Origin: Pseudomonadota bacterium
GTDB lineage: Bacteria > Myxococcota_A > Polyangia > Fen-1088
DNA: 64,000 nucleotides
Assembly: GCA_017881245.1 (NCBI GenBank)
Contig: JADGRC010000086.1
Coordinates: 10,273 to 74,272, forward strand
Direction of reading: 5' to 3'
In this document: piece after piece, positions 26,001 through 36,000 of the stretch
How positions within the stretch are numbered: the stretch's first letter is position 1
Layout of the letters: each line of letters begins with the position of its first letter
Position numbers and translations under genes: made by a program
The notes under the pieces: model-generated
Seen by the model: the letters and a program-made list of their open reading frames with translations, nothing else
Told to the model about the DNA's origin: nothing
Databases searched by the model: none

Positions 26001-27242
26001 GTGTTCCCGAGCCATGCCGTGATCTATCTGGATCACAATGCCACCACGCCGGCGCGTCCCGAAGTGGTGGACGCGGTGGCGCGCGCGGAGCGCGACTATC
26101 CGGGAAATCCATCCAGCGTTCACGCTTTTGGGCGCCGCGCGCGCGACGCGGTGGAACGCGCGCGTGCCCAGGTGGCGAGATTCTTGGGGGCGACGCCCGA
26201 GGAGATCGTGTTCACGTCGGGCGGTACGGAGGGAAACAATCTGGTCATCCGAGGGCTTTATGCCGAGGCGGCGGCCCGCGGTCGAAACCACCTGGTCACG
26301 TCTCCGATCGAACATCCCGCGGTCTTGGGGGCGGTGGATGCGGCGGTTCGGGGCTCCCGTGGGAACGGGACGGTCACTTTCCTGCCCCTGAGCGTGCGCG
26401 GCGAATTGGCGGCCGGCGATCTCGAATCCGCGACGCGCGACGATACGGCGCTGGTGACGCTAGCGCTTGCGAATCATGAGATTGGAAACGTCTATCCCGT
26501 TGCTCGCTTCGCCGCGATCGTACGGGCGCGCGGAGCGCTGATACACACCGACGCCGTGCAGGCCGCCGCGAAGATCCCAGTCGATCTAGTAGCGATGGGC
26601 GTGGACGCGGCCACCGTGTCGGCGCACAAGATTGGGGGACCAAGAGGCGTGGGGGCCGTGTTCGTTCGCCGTGGCCTGGATTTGCCTCCGCTCGCAGTCG
26701 GGGGGCACCAAGAACACGAGCGCCGCCCTGGCACCGAGAATGTCCCCGGTATCGTCGGATTCGGCGTGGCCAGCGACCTTGCCCGCGTGGCATTGGCGAG
26801 CGAGAGCGAACTCTTGGAAGGATTGCGCCGCCATCTAATGGGAGTGCTGACATCGATCACGAGGGCGCGCGTATTTGGAGTCGGAGACGCGCTGGGTGAT
26901 GGGCCCCAACGCCTGCCGGGCACGGTCATGGTGGCATTTCCCGGCGCGCCCGGGCAGTTGGTGGCCATTGGCTTGGATCTGGAGGGCGTGTGCGTTTCGA
27001 CCGGGGCGGCCTGCACATCGGGATCCCTGCGGCCATCGCCCGTGTTGCGGGCGCTTGGCCTCGGGGGCGATGACAGTGCAGAGGGCGTGCGCATCAGCCT
27101 GGGTTGGACCACCACCGCGGACGACGTCGCGCGCCTGGGCGAATTGCTTCCGGGGATCGTGGCGCGCGTTCGTGCGGCGGTTTCGGCGCCTGGACCGCTG
27201 GGTGGCGGGATGCCGTTGTCGGCCGGGGAGGCATGGTCGTGA
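26001..27242 (+). CDS. cysteine desulfurase (IscS/NifS family)
   Basis: The GTG at 26001 is 2 nt after the upstream stop. Motifs: 'IYLDHNATTP', 'SAHKIGGPRGVG' (PLP Lys), 'VSTGAACTSG' (catalytic Cys). Confidence 0.85.
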   Translation: MFPSHAVIYLDHNATTPARPEVVDAVARAERDYPGNPSSVHAFGRRARDAVERARAQVARFLGATPEEIVFTSGGTEGNNLVIRGLYAEAAARGRNHLVTSPIEHPAVLGAVDAAVRGSRGNGTVTFLPLSVRGELAAGDLESATRDDTALVTLALANHEIGNVYPVARFAAIVRARGALIHTDAVQAAAKIPVDLVAMGVDAATVSAHKIGGPRGVGAVFVRRGLDLPPLAVGGHQEHERRPGTENVPGIVGFGVASDLARVALASESELLEGLRRHLMGVLTSITRARVFGVGDALGDGPQRLPGTVMVAFPGAPGQLVAIGLDLEGVCVSTGAACTSGSLRPSPVLRALGLGGDDSAEGVRISLGWTTTADDVARLGELLPGIVARVRAAVSAPGPLGGGMPLSAGEAWS

Positions 27243-28324
27243 AGGGCGAACGTATCGTCGTTGCGATGTCCGGGGGCGTCGATTCGTCGACCGCCGCGGC
27301 CTTGTTGCTCGACGCCGGACAGGAAGTCGTCGGAGTGACCTTGAAACTGACGGACGCGACCGGAACGTCCGCCAGCATAGGTGGGCGCTGCTGCGGGCCG
27401 CGCGACATCGACGACGCGCGCGCGACGGCCGCGATGCTCGGATTTCCACACTACGTTCTCGACGAGACGGCGGCATTCACCCGCGCGGTCATTGATGATT
27501 TCGTGGCCGAACACGCGGCGGGGCGAACGCCAAACCCGTGTGTCCGCTGCAATGAGAAGCTGAAGTTCGGCCCGCTGCTGCGCTTCGCGCGCGCCGTCGG
27601 TGCCCGCCGTCTGGCCACGGGACACTATGCGCGTCTCGTACCTGGGAAGGACGGCGCTGTGCCGTCGCTGTGTCGGGCGCGCGACGGCGAAAAGGACCAG
27701 TCGTACTTTTTGTTCGGGGTCCCCCCCGCGCTGTTCGCGGACGTCGCGTTCCCGTTGGGCGAGCGGACCAAGGACGAGGTGCGCGCAATCGCACGGCGGT
27801 TCGGATTGCCGAACGCCGAGAAGCCGGACTCCCAGCAAATTTGTTTCATCCCCGACGGTGATCACAAGGCGTTCGTCGAGGCCCGTGGTGGCGCGGGCCG
27901 TCCGGGAGAGATTGTCGACGAGCATGGCACCGCGCTCGGCGATCACACTGGGACCCATCGCTTTACGGTGGGTCAGCGCCGCGGGGTGCCCGTCGACGAC
28001 GGCCACCGACGTTTCGTGTTGAGGATCGAACCGTCGACCGGCCGGGTGGTTGTGGGACCGCGCGAGGCCCTGCGGACCAATGTCTTGCAAGTGTCGGACG
28101 TGCGGTGGACATCGGGACGGGTTCCCGCGGCGTGGCCCCTGCGTTGCGGAGTCCAGATCCGACACCACGCGGCCGCCGCTCCGGCTTGGGTCGCCGCGCC
28201 GGACGGATCCGGTTGCGCGGTGGACTTGGACACGCCGCTTGCGGGGGTCGCGCCAGGTCAGGCCGCGGTTTTCTACGACGGTGATCAGGTGGTGGGCGGC
28301 GGTTGGATTAGCGCCTCGGGCTAA
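27233..28324 (+). CDS. mnmA: tRNA 2-thiouridine(34) synthase
   Basis: The ATG at 27233 overlaps the desulfurase 3' end by 10 nt. 'VAMSGGVDSS' is the PP-loop. Also 'NPCVRCN' and 'DQSYFL'. Confidence 0.9.
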   Translation: MVVKGERIVVAMSGGVDSSTAAALLLDAGQEVVGVTLKLTDATGTSASIGGRCCGPRDIDDARATAAMLGFPHYVLDETAAFTRAVIDDFVAEHAAGRTPNPCVRCNEKLKFGPLLRFARAVGARRLATGHYARLVPGKDGAVPSLCRARDGEKDQSYFLFGVPPALFADVAFPLGERTKDEVRAIARRFGLPNAEKPDSQQICFIPDGDHKAFVEARGGAGRPGEIVDEHGTALGDHTGTHRFTVGQRRGVPVDDGHRRFVLRIEPSTGRVVVGPREALRTNVLQVSDVRWTSGRVPAAWPLRCGVQIRHHAAAAPAWVAAPDGSGCAVDLDTPLAGVAPGQAAVFYDGDQVVGGGWISASG

Positions 28325-28737
28325 CCAGCGACGGAAACCGCGGCCTCGAAGACTTGTCGCGCGGTCGCGCCCGCGTCGCGCTCGCGTACGGCCGCAAGCG
28401 CCTCTTCCAATTCGCCGCGATCCAGGAAGATCCCATGGCAGCGACCACAATAGTCGACGTGCACGGCGCCGAGCATGACCTCGGACAGCTTGCCGTCACA
28501 GGCGGGGCAGGGCACGAGGTGCGACGACGGCAACGGCGGTGGCCCGTCCGTCTCCGTCAACAATCCACGCAGGCGCGTGATTTCGCCGTCCGGCAACCGC
28601 GCGGCGCGCGTGATCTCGCCCCGGTCGAGCCACAGGCCCCCGCAACGCGGGCAAAGGTCGACCTCGAGACCCTCGAAGGTCGCTCGATCCAGCACGGAGG
28701 TGCATTTCACGCAGGTCAGGTGGGCTGTTTCGGACAT
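28321..28737 (-). CDS. tandem TFIIB-type zinc-ribbon (zf-TFIIB) protein
   Basis: The ATG is at 28737. Two modules: 'CVKC...CPRCGGLWLDRGEI' and 'CPAC...CGRCHGIFLDRGEL'. Confidence 0.65.
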   Translation of the reverse strand: MSETAHLTCVKCTSVLDRATFEGLEVDLCPRCGGLWLDRGEITRAARLPDGEITRLRGLLTETDGPPPLPSSHLVPCPACDGKLSEVMLGAVHVDYCGRCHGIFLDRGELEEALAAVRERDAGATARQVFEAAVSVAG

Positions 28738-28829
28738 GGTCGGATAATAACATTTTCGAAGGGAGCCGCGCACCCCCTGGGCGGTGAAGCGACGGTGAAG
28801 CGCGTGCCGCGCATGTTAGGTTTGTCTAT

Positions 28830-29561
28830 ATGAGTGAACCGGGCTTGCGGCCCTACGGGCGGCTCGAAGAACAGCTTGGGCACCAGTTCGCGGAGCAGAC
28901 GTTCTGCGAAGCGGCGCTGACGCACAAGTCCTGGCTGAACGAGGCACCCGGGTCGGGCCGCAGCGACAACGAGCGGCTCGAGTTTCTGGGCGACGCCGTC
29001 TTGAATCTGGCGGTGAGTGACATTTTGATGCGCCGTTTTCCCAGTCGAACGGAAGGCGATCTGTCGAAGACCCGTGCGGTCATAGTGAACGAGGCGGGAC
29101 TTTGTCAGGCGGCCGAACGCGTCGATCTGGGGCAGTGGATCTTCCTCGGGCGCGGCGAAGAACACGCGGGGGGACGGCGCAGGCCGTCCATTCTCGCTGA
29201 CGCATTCGAGGCCTTGATGGGGGCGGTCTACCTCGATGGCGGGTTCGCGGCGGCGCTGCGGGTGGTGCAGCGGCTGCTGACCGGCGCCATCGAGGATTCG
29301 GAACAGGGACTGCGGCTGGATTTCAAGTCGCGATTGCAAGAACGAGCGCAGGCCCTGTTTCAGTTGACGCCGCAATATGCCGTGGTGGGCCAGAACGGCC
29401 CGGACCACGACAAGACTTTCCTGGTCTCAATCGCGCTCGGCGATCGCGAATTCGGTCGCGCGTCGGGAAAATCGAAGAAGGAGGCGGAACAAAGCGCCGC
29501 CGCCCTGGCGCTGGCCCAACTGCAGGGGGCGCCCCCCAGCACCGGAGGGGCGGACGAGTGA
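28830..29561 (+). CDS. rnc: ribonuclease III
   Basis: 'NERLEFLGDAVLNL' is the RNase III signature. The C-terminal dsRBD is '...GPDHDKTF...GKSKKEAEQSAA'. Confidence 0.9.
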   Translation: MSEPGLRPYGRLEEQLGHQFAEQTFCEAALTHKSWLNEAPGSGRSDNERLEFLGDAVLNLAVSDILMRRFPSRTEGDLSKTRAVIVNEAGLCQAAERVDLGQWIFLGRGEEHAGGRRRPSILADAFEALMGAVYLDGGFAAALRVVQRLLTGAIEDSEQGLRLDFKSRLQERAQALFQLTPQYAVVGQNGPDHDKTFLVSIALGDREFGRASGKSKKEAEQSAAALALAQLQGAPPSTGGADE

Positions 29562-31039
29562 ACATCGATTCCGCTCAGATTCCGCCGGACGTTCTGTCAG
29601 TTTGCGCGCGATTGCGCGCGGCGGGACATCAAGCTCATCTGGTCGGCGGGGGGATCCGCGATTTGCTTCTCGGGCGTCAACCCGCGGACTTCGACGTCGC
29701 GACGGATGCTCATCCGCAACAGGTCCTGGCCCTGTTCGGATCACGGTACGCCGTTCCCACCGGGCTGCAGCACGGCACGGTCACCGTGGTCACCGAGGTC
29801 GCCGGCGGCGACGGTGCGGCGACCGCCACCTCGGCCGCCACGCTTTCGGCGGCGACGACCGTGTCAGACGCTCCAGGTGGGGTCGGTGATTTGGCTCCGA
29901 GTCGGGTGCATCGACACGTCGAGGTCACGACATTTCGCGGTGAGGGGGCGTACATCGACGGGCGCCGTCCCACGTCGGTGACGTATGTCGGCTCGCTGCA
30001 GGAGGATCTGTCGCGACGCGATTTCACGATGAACGCGATCGGATACGACCCCATCAGTACGGTCCTGACCGATCCGTTCGAAGGCAGGCAAGATCTCGCT
30101 CGACGGCGCGTACGAGCGGTGGGCGACGCCGAGGCTCGATTTCGCGAGGATGGTTTGCGACCCATGCGCGCCATCCGGCAGGCGACGCAGCTGGAATTCG
30201 AAATCGATCCGCCCACGCTGCGCGCGATCCGCCCGACGTTGGATGTGTTTCGCAAGGTCTCGGCCGAGCGCATCCGGGACGAAGTGCTAAAATTGCTATC
30301 CGCGCGCCGGCCCTCGACTGGAATCGAGCTGATGAGGCATACCGGCATGTTGGCGGAGGTGTTGCCTGAATTATTGGAGGGCGTCGGCGTCGCGCAGAAT
30401 CGATTTCACAAACACGACGTCTACGATCACACGCTGGCGGTCGTGGACGCCATGGGGGCGGATGCCGTCACCAAACTGGGTGCCTTGTTACATGACATCG
30501 GCAAGCCGCGCGCACGCCAGCCTCGCGAGGGGGCACCCGGCGAGTTCACCTTCTTCAAACACGAGTATGTCGGCGCAGAGATGGCGGACGCCGTCTGCCG
30601 CCGCTTTAAGCTGTCGAACGCCGATCGCGACCGGGTGGTGGCGCTGGTCCATCACCATATGTTTTTCTACACACCCGATTGGACCGACGGCACCGTGCGC
30701 CGATTCGTGCGCAGGGTCGGCCCCGATGTTCTGCCCGCGTTGTTTGCCCTGCGTGAAGGCGATATCGTGGGACGAGGGCGGGATGAGGATCCCGAAAGCG
30801 AGCTTGGTGAATTGCGACGCCGAATCGCGGTCGTCAGCGCGGAGGATTCCGCCACGCGGGTAGGCGACTTGGCCATCGACGGCCGCGACGTCATGCGGAT
30901 TCTGGGGCGCGGTCCGGGGCGCGAAATCGGAATCCTGCTGGAGCGACTCCTCGAACAGGTGCTCGACGATCCAAGCCTGAACACTCCCGCGCACCTTGAA
31001 CGTCTGCTGAGGGAAATAGTCCCGCCGCCCGCCAGTTGA
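29558..31039 (+). CDS. CCA-adding enzyme / poly(A) polymerase family nucleotidyltransferase with HD domain
   Basis: GTGA overlap with the rnc stop. Motifs: 'LVGGGIRDLLLGR..DFDV', 'RRDFTMNA', and HD motif 'LLHDIGKP'. Confidence 0.8.
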   Translation: MNIDSAQIPPDVLSVCARLRAAGHQAHLVGGGIRDLLLGRQPADFDVATDAHPQQVLALFGSRYAVPTGLQHGTVTVVTEVAGGDGAATATSAATLSAATTVSDAPGGVGDLAPSRVHRHVEVTTFRGEGAYIDGRRPTSVTYVGSLQEDLSRRDFTMNAIGYDPISTVLTDPFEGRQDLARRRVRAVGDAEARFREDGLRPMRAIRQATQLEFEIDPPTLRAIRPTLDVFRKVSAERIRDEVLKLLSARRPSTGIELMRHTGMLAEVLPELLEGVGVAQNRFHKHDVYDHTLAVVDAMGADAVTKLGALLHDIGKPRARQPREGAPGEFTFFKHEYVGAEMADAVCRRFKLSNADRDRVVALVHHHMFFYTPDWTDGTVRRFVRRVGPDVLPALFALREGDIVGRGRDEDPESELGELRRRIAVVSAEDSATRVGDLAIDGRDVMRILGRGPGREIGILLERLLEQVLDDPSLNTPAHLERLLREIVPPPAS

Positions 31040-31069
31040 GGCGAGCCGCGACCCACCCGGGATTCCGCG

Positions 31070-31810
31070 TCACTGGCGGAGCAGCGCCGCGACGGCCGCC
31101 GCCGAGTGCAACGTGACGAGCGGACGCGGCGATGGGTCGACGACCCCGCGACCGTCGTGGCGCCCGCGTATCAACGATGAATCCATGTTCAGGTCCACGA
31201 GCGACAGAACCTCGACGCTGGGTTGGCTGGCGCGCACCGATGATGACAGTCGCGCCGGCTCGACGAGAGGCGTATCCGCCACAATGCCGACGACCGCGTT
31301 CAGTGACACTCTCAGGCGACGAATCCAGGCGCCGCTTCCCACGGTCACTTCGACGAACGGCAGCCCAAGCGTCCCCGCTTGTCGCTCCCCCGGGTCGCTT
31401 GCGAACACCGTTTCGCCCGGTTTCAGATCGATCGCGCCTTCCAGATAGTCGGCCGACATGTAGTGCGCGACGCAAGCAGGAACGTCGACGACGCCTTCGA
31501 GAGCCGCGTCACAGCCGAATAGGATCATATCGACTTCGAGTCGATCGAAAACGCTGGCCAGGGCGAAACCAGTGGCGTGAGCGTCGGTCGTTTCCAGCGC
31601 TGCATCGACGAGCCGGAGGGCGCGCTTCGCGCCCATCGTCAGGGCCTCGCCCACGGCGGTCGGCGCGCACCCGCGTTGTCCGACGGCTTCGACGACGACG
31701 ATCTCGGCGCCGACCATCCGGCCGAGGGTGATAGCGTGTCGATCCGTGGCGTGCAGCCGCAGCGACGACCGCGCCACGGAGCCTCCGTGAAGACACACGG
31801 CGAACCTCAA
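31070..31810 (-). CDS. electron-transfer-flavoprotein beta-subunit-like protein (divergent)
   Basis: Collinear with ETF-beta by eye: 'ALTMGAKRALRL', 'DAHATGFALASVFDRLEVDMILFG', 'VPACVAHYMSADYLEG', 'RLRVSLNAVVGI'. The TTG start overlaps the upstream stop (TTGA). Confidence 0.5.
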   Translation of the reverse strand: MRFAVCLHGGSVARSSLRLHATDRHAITLGRMVGAEIVVVEAVGQRGCAPTAVGEALTMGAKRALRLVDAALETTDAHATGFALASVFDRLEVDMILFGCDAALEGVVDVPACVAHYMSADYLEGAIDLKPGETVFASDPGERQAGTLGLPFVEVTVGSGAWIRRLRVSLNAVVGIVADTPLVEPARLSSSVRASQPSVEVLSLVDLNMDSSLIRGRHDGRGVVDPSPRPLVTLHSAAAVAALLRQ

Positions 31811-32844
31811 GCACCTGCCCCAATGTCGGCCAACAGATTCACCAGCGTTTCACGCGACAGCTCTGAGGGGGATCGTAACCGCCACACCACGTCCACGTCC
31901 TCCACGACGGGGTCCGCGGCAGCGGGTACCGCGGCCGCCAGGACCACGCGCGTGCGTGGTGATCGAGCGGTGCGTGCCGCCGACGTTCCGACCTTCAAGA
32001 GAATGTCTGGACAGCAGGCGGCGAGGACCGAAGGGGGCACATCCCTTGCCCGCTCGACGGCGATTCCCGGCGGCACGTCTCCGCGCAACTCGTCGGCTAG
32101 CGTCAAGGGAATGCCATCATCGCCATCCCCGATTAAGACCACAATGGACGCGAGCGGCAGATGCGCCAGGGCACGGGATTCCGTCGTCGTCGTCGTTGGT
32201 GCCAAGCGGTCGGGTCCCTTGACGAATGCGACGATGTCTATCTCGAGATCGTGAGTGTTCCTCGACGGACTTGGCCGGCGCCCGGCGCCCAGGGTCGCCA
32301 CGATCGGCCGGTCAATCTCGACGGGATCCAGACGCCAGCGCGATCGACCATCGGGGCGGCAATAAACCAACTGCACGCGCCCGGACCCCTCGGGCGTCGG
32401 CGTGTCGTTGTCGGTTGTTAGAAAATCGCACCACGGGGCGAACGGCCCGCCGAGGCGAGCCGCCAGAGGGGGGCCCAGCGCCGCGCCCGGCCCGCCGGCC
32501 GGGAACAGGACCAGCATAGGAGGCACGCGCGCCACGGCCGCATCCAGGCCCTGGCCGTGCGTGAAGTCGGCGGCCGGCTGTGCGAAGTCCGCGGACTCGC
32601 AAAGCAACAGTTTGTCGGCTCCCGCATCTCCGATTGGGCCGGCCAGTGCGTTCAGTTCGTCCGTTCCGAGTGGCGTCGTCACGGCCACGGCGTAGACGCT
32701 AGCGCCCGCCAGACGCGCGATCCGGCGCGCCTCGGAAAGCGCGAACAACGTAGGGGCGGTTGGGCGCCCCTCACGAACGTCGATATAGACCAGGATGTTC
32801 GGCAGGGTAGACCTTCCAGAGTTCTTCGCCCTTTTAACACGCAA
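31807..32844 (-). CDS. electron-transfer-flavoprotein alpha-subunit-like protein with degenerate FAD motif
   Basis: 'NILVYIDVREGRPTAPTLFALSEARRIA' matches the ETF-alpha N-terminus. The C-terminal 'VVLIGDG...ILLKVGTSAARTARSPRTRVVLAAAV' aligns with the ETF-alpha FAD segment but lacks G-x-[IV]-Q-H. The start is uncertain: TTG 32844 was chosen, ATG 33018 is the alternative. Confidence 0.45.
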   Translation of the reverse strand: MRVKRAKNSGRSTLPNILVYIDVREGRPTAPTLFALSEARRIARLAGASVYAVAVTTPLGTDELNALAGPIGDAGADKLLLCESADFAQPAADFTHGQGLDAAVARVPPMLVLFPAGGPGAALGPPLAARLGGPFAPWCDFLTTDNDTPTPEGSGRVQLVYCRPDGRSRWRLDPVEIDRPIVATLGAGRRPSPSRNTHDLEIDIVAFVKGPDRLAPTTTTTESRALAHLPLASIVVLIGDGDDGIPLTLADELRGDVPPGIAVERARDVPPSVLAACCPDILLKVGTSAARTARSPRTRVVLAAAVPAAADPVVEDVDVVWRLRSPSELSRETLVNLLADIGAGA

Positions 32845-33046
32845 GCCGCCACGGGCATCTCTTGGCGACGTGGGTGCGCATCGGGTCGCGAGGGCGCTGA
32901 CGAGCGAGGCGAACTCGCTCGAAGCGCGATCGGGCGTCCGCGAGCCGTCCGCATCGGCGTCCGCGTCTGTTCGCGTCCCGACGTTGACACTCCGTTTCCG
33001 AGGCGGCCATAATGTCATCCTTTGCGTTCCAGGACCGCGTGCTGGC

Positions 33047-36000
33047 ATGTCTAGGACGCCCCGAGATTCAGGCGACGATCCGACGGTGGCGGCGCCCGTG
33101 GGGGCGGATGCGTCGGTGTCGTCCCGGCCGATCGCGATCAATTTGGATGAGGATGCGCGGGCGGTTGGGGGCCCGTCGCGCGCAAAGGACGATGAATTGT
33201 TAGCCCGGGACGCCCAGGCCGCCCGCGACGTTGGCGATTTACGGCGCGTTGACGGTTTGGTGTGCGCGCGGGCGTTGTTGGCCGAAAGACAGGGAGACGA
33301 CGAGGCGGCGATGGCCCTGTGGCGCAGCGCTTTCGATCATGATCCCAGCCTGTTGGTGGCATTCTGGGGCCTCAGACGAGCGTTGGCTCGCCAAGGCGCT
33401 TGGGCGGATTTGCAGGGGGTGCTCGAAAGACGGATCGCCGCTACCTCGTCGATCGAGCAAGGAACCGCACGCGCGGCACTCTGGCTGGATCACGGGCGGA
33501 TTGCGGAGGACAGACTCGGGCGCGACGAGGACGCTGCCCAGAGTTATCACGCGGGCCTGATTGAGGCACCCGATCATCCCGGGCTTCTGACGTCTCTGCT
33601 CTTGTTGGGATTTCGCCGGGCGGACGACACGATGATCGCCCACGCCCTGCAGGGGTATCTGCGGGGTGGCTTGCCGCCGTTCCTGCGGGCATCCATCGCG
33701 GCTTCCCTCGCTCGCATCCAGCGCGGATCTCGAGCCGCCGTTTCGGGTCACCTCCCGTTCGAGGCGGAATCGTCCGAGCCCGATCTTGATCCGATGGCGG
33801 CGGCGCGTGCGCTCGAGACCTTGCGGACGGCGTTGCGTGTCGTGGAGCGCCAGGATGCGGGGGCACTCGTCACCGAGCTGTTCGCGTTGGCCAACGCGAC
33901 CGCGGAGCCGGCGTCGCGCGCCGAGATCCTGAATGACCTTGTATCTCACCTACCCCTAGGTGACGGCACGACCACAGGCGACAACACGAGCAGCACAGGT
34001 GACAGCGCGACGACAGGCGACAGTACGAGCACGCCGGGGCAACACGAAACCGCCCGGATGGCCGTGTCCTTGTTGCGAGAACGCGCTCGCCTGTTGCGCG
34101 ACCACCTGCACGATCCAGCCGCAGCGGGATTGGCATTACGAGCCGCCCTCGCGCGCGCTCCCGGACATCCGGCCGTGATCGCCGAGCTCTGCGACGTCAT
34201 CGAGGTTCTAGCCGGTGAGGACACGACGAGATCCGTCACCGGGTTGCGCGATCTCTTGGCTCTCGTGGCGCCGGGGGATCGTCCTTTCCAAACCGACGCC
34301 GAGGGGGAACTGGCACTGCGTACCCTGGCCGCGCTTGGAAGGCAGCGCCAGTCGGAGGAAGCACTTGCTCTTCTTGAACGGCACCCCGAGCTTGCCCGCG
34401 ATCGCGCGGACGTGTTCGCGTTGGAGATCCTGCTACGTGCCCAGGCGGGGGACACCGTTGGCTTGGCGGCGGCGTTCGAACGCGAGGGTGAGGCGCTGGC
34501 CCAAGGCGGCGGCGACGGGTCGCCCGCGACGCTCGAGGCGGCGGCGCACGCACTGGTCGTGGCCGGTACACTTCGGGAGCGGAACGCCGGTCGGAGTCCC
34601 TCGGATGGCGCCCGGGACGTGGAATCCGAGCCGACGCGCCTTTACCGCCGCGCGCTGGAGGTAGCCCCGGACTACGCGCCCGCTCGTGATGCGGTGGAGC
34701 GACGTCTGTGGGCCACCGGACGGTGGCGAGATATCGCGGACCTCCTGCGTTCGAGACTAAAGCAGCTCGCGGACGCTCGGGCGGAGACCGACGCCGCCTT
34801 CCCCCCTCGACGCGAGGACGCCGTTGACGTTGCGGAGGCGTCGCGCCTCCTCGAGGATCTTGTGGCCCTGTACCGCGATCACCTCGATGATCCCGGGACC
34901 GCGCGCCGTTACCAGGACGAGCTGATACGCCTGGAGCCGGATTCGAGCCGGGGCGCCGGCGGCGCGGGCGCGCGAGCCTGGGTGCGCCGGCACGATCTCG
35001 AACTGGCGGCCGCGGTTCACGGCGATCCGTCGGACTCGGCGACCAGGGTTGGAATTCTGCGCGAGCTTTCCAGTCGGGCAGGCGTTCCTGTGCTGGAGTC
35101 GGCGTTGCTGGTGGAGGCGGCCCGGGTCGCCGTTTCGGGGGACGATCCCGCGATGGCCGAGGACCTGTTGCGCAAGGCTATGGTCGCGGACGGCACCGGG
35201 ACCGCGGCCTCGGGCCTCGAACGTCTTGTCACGGGTGCGGATCTCGCGGGGATGGGCGCGGCTCGTGCGGCGGTCGTGCGCGCGGAGATCTCCCGCCTCG
35301 TCGCCGGCCAAGAAATGGGACAGGCCAAGACGGAGCGTTTGCGTGCCTTGCGTTTCCGCCTGGCCTGGCACGCGCTTGCCGCCGACCGTCCCGCGGAAGC
35401 GTTGGAGGCGCTTGGTCCATTGCGCGCCGACGGCGATCTCATGGCCCGGGCCTGGAGCTGGGAGATTGCGCGAAGGTCGGGCGACGCGCGGTTGAGGCTC
35501 GCGACGTTGCAGGCCGCGCCGGCGGAGCACGCTTCGGGTCTGGTGCTGCCGGCCGATCTTGGGGAAGCGCACGAGCTCGCGGGCGCTCCGCGGGCGGCTG
35601 GCGTCGCGTTTTCGGAAGCCCTGCGCACGGAGTTTTCAACCGATGCCGCGCTGGGGTTATTGCGGGTGGGGGCCGTCACGGGCGACGCCCGCGTGATCTT
35701 GGAAGCGGGACGCGCCCTGGCCGCGCACGCGGATGACGCGACCGCGCTGCCGTTGTCGCGGGAGGTGGCCTTGCTGGCGCTCCTTCACGGCGAGGAGGAC
35801 GGGGGCTCCCGGGGTATCGCCGGCGGTCAAGACGATGAAGACGAGCCCATGGATGCGGTGCTTCGTTGGGTGGCTGGCCTTCGTGCCCCCGAGGTCTTGG
35901 GTGCGGCGGCCGGGTTGCTGGCAGTCGCGCGGGCGCTGCCCGACGCCGGAGCGGCCGAGTCGGCGAACGACCGGAACGGATTACTCGCGCGCGCGGCGGC

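Noticed and set aside
26492-28450. 652-aa ORF on the minus strand
   Set aside because: It lies antisense to the cysteine desulfurase and mnmA genes, both with diagnostic motifs. The composition is Arg/Pro/Gly-rich.
32795-33046. N-terminal 84 codons of the 1,832-aa ORF call for TPR protein 1
   Set aside because: This stretch overlaps the divergent ETF-alpha-like gene region and translates to non-protein-like sequence. ATG 33047 was taken as the start. This remains uncertain.
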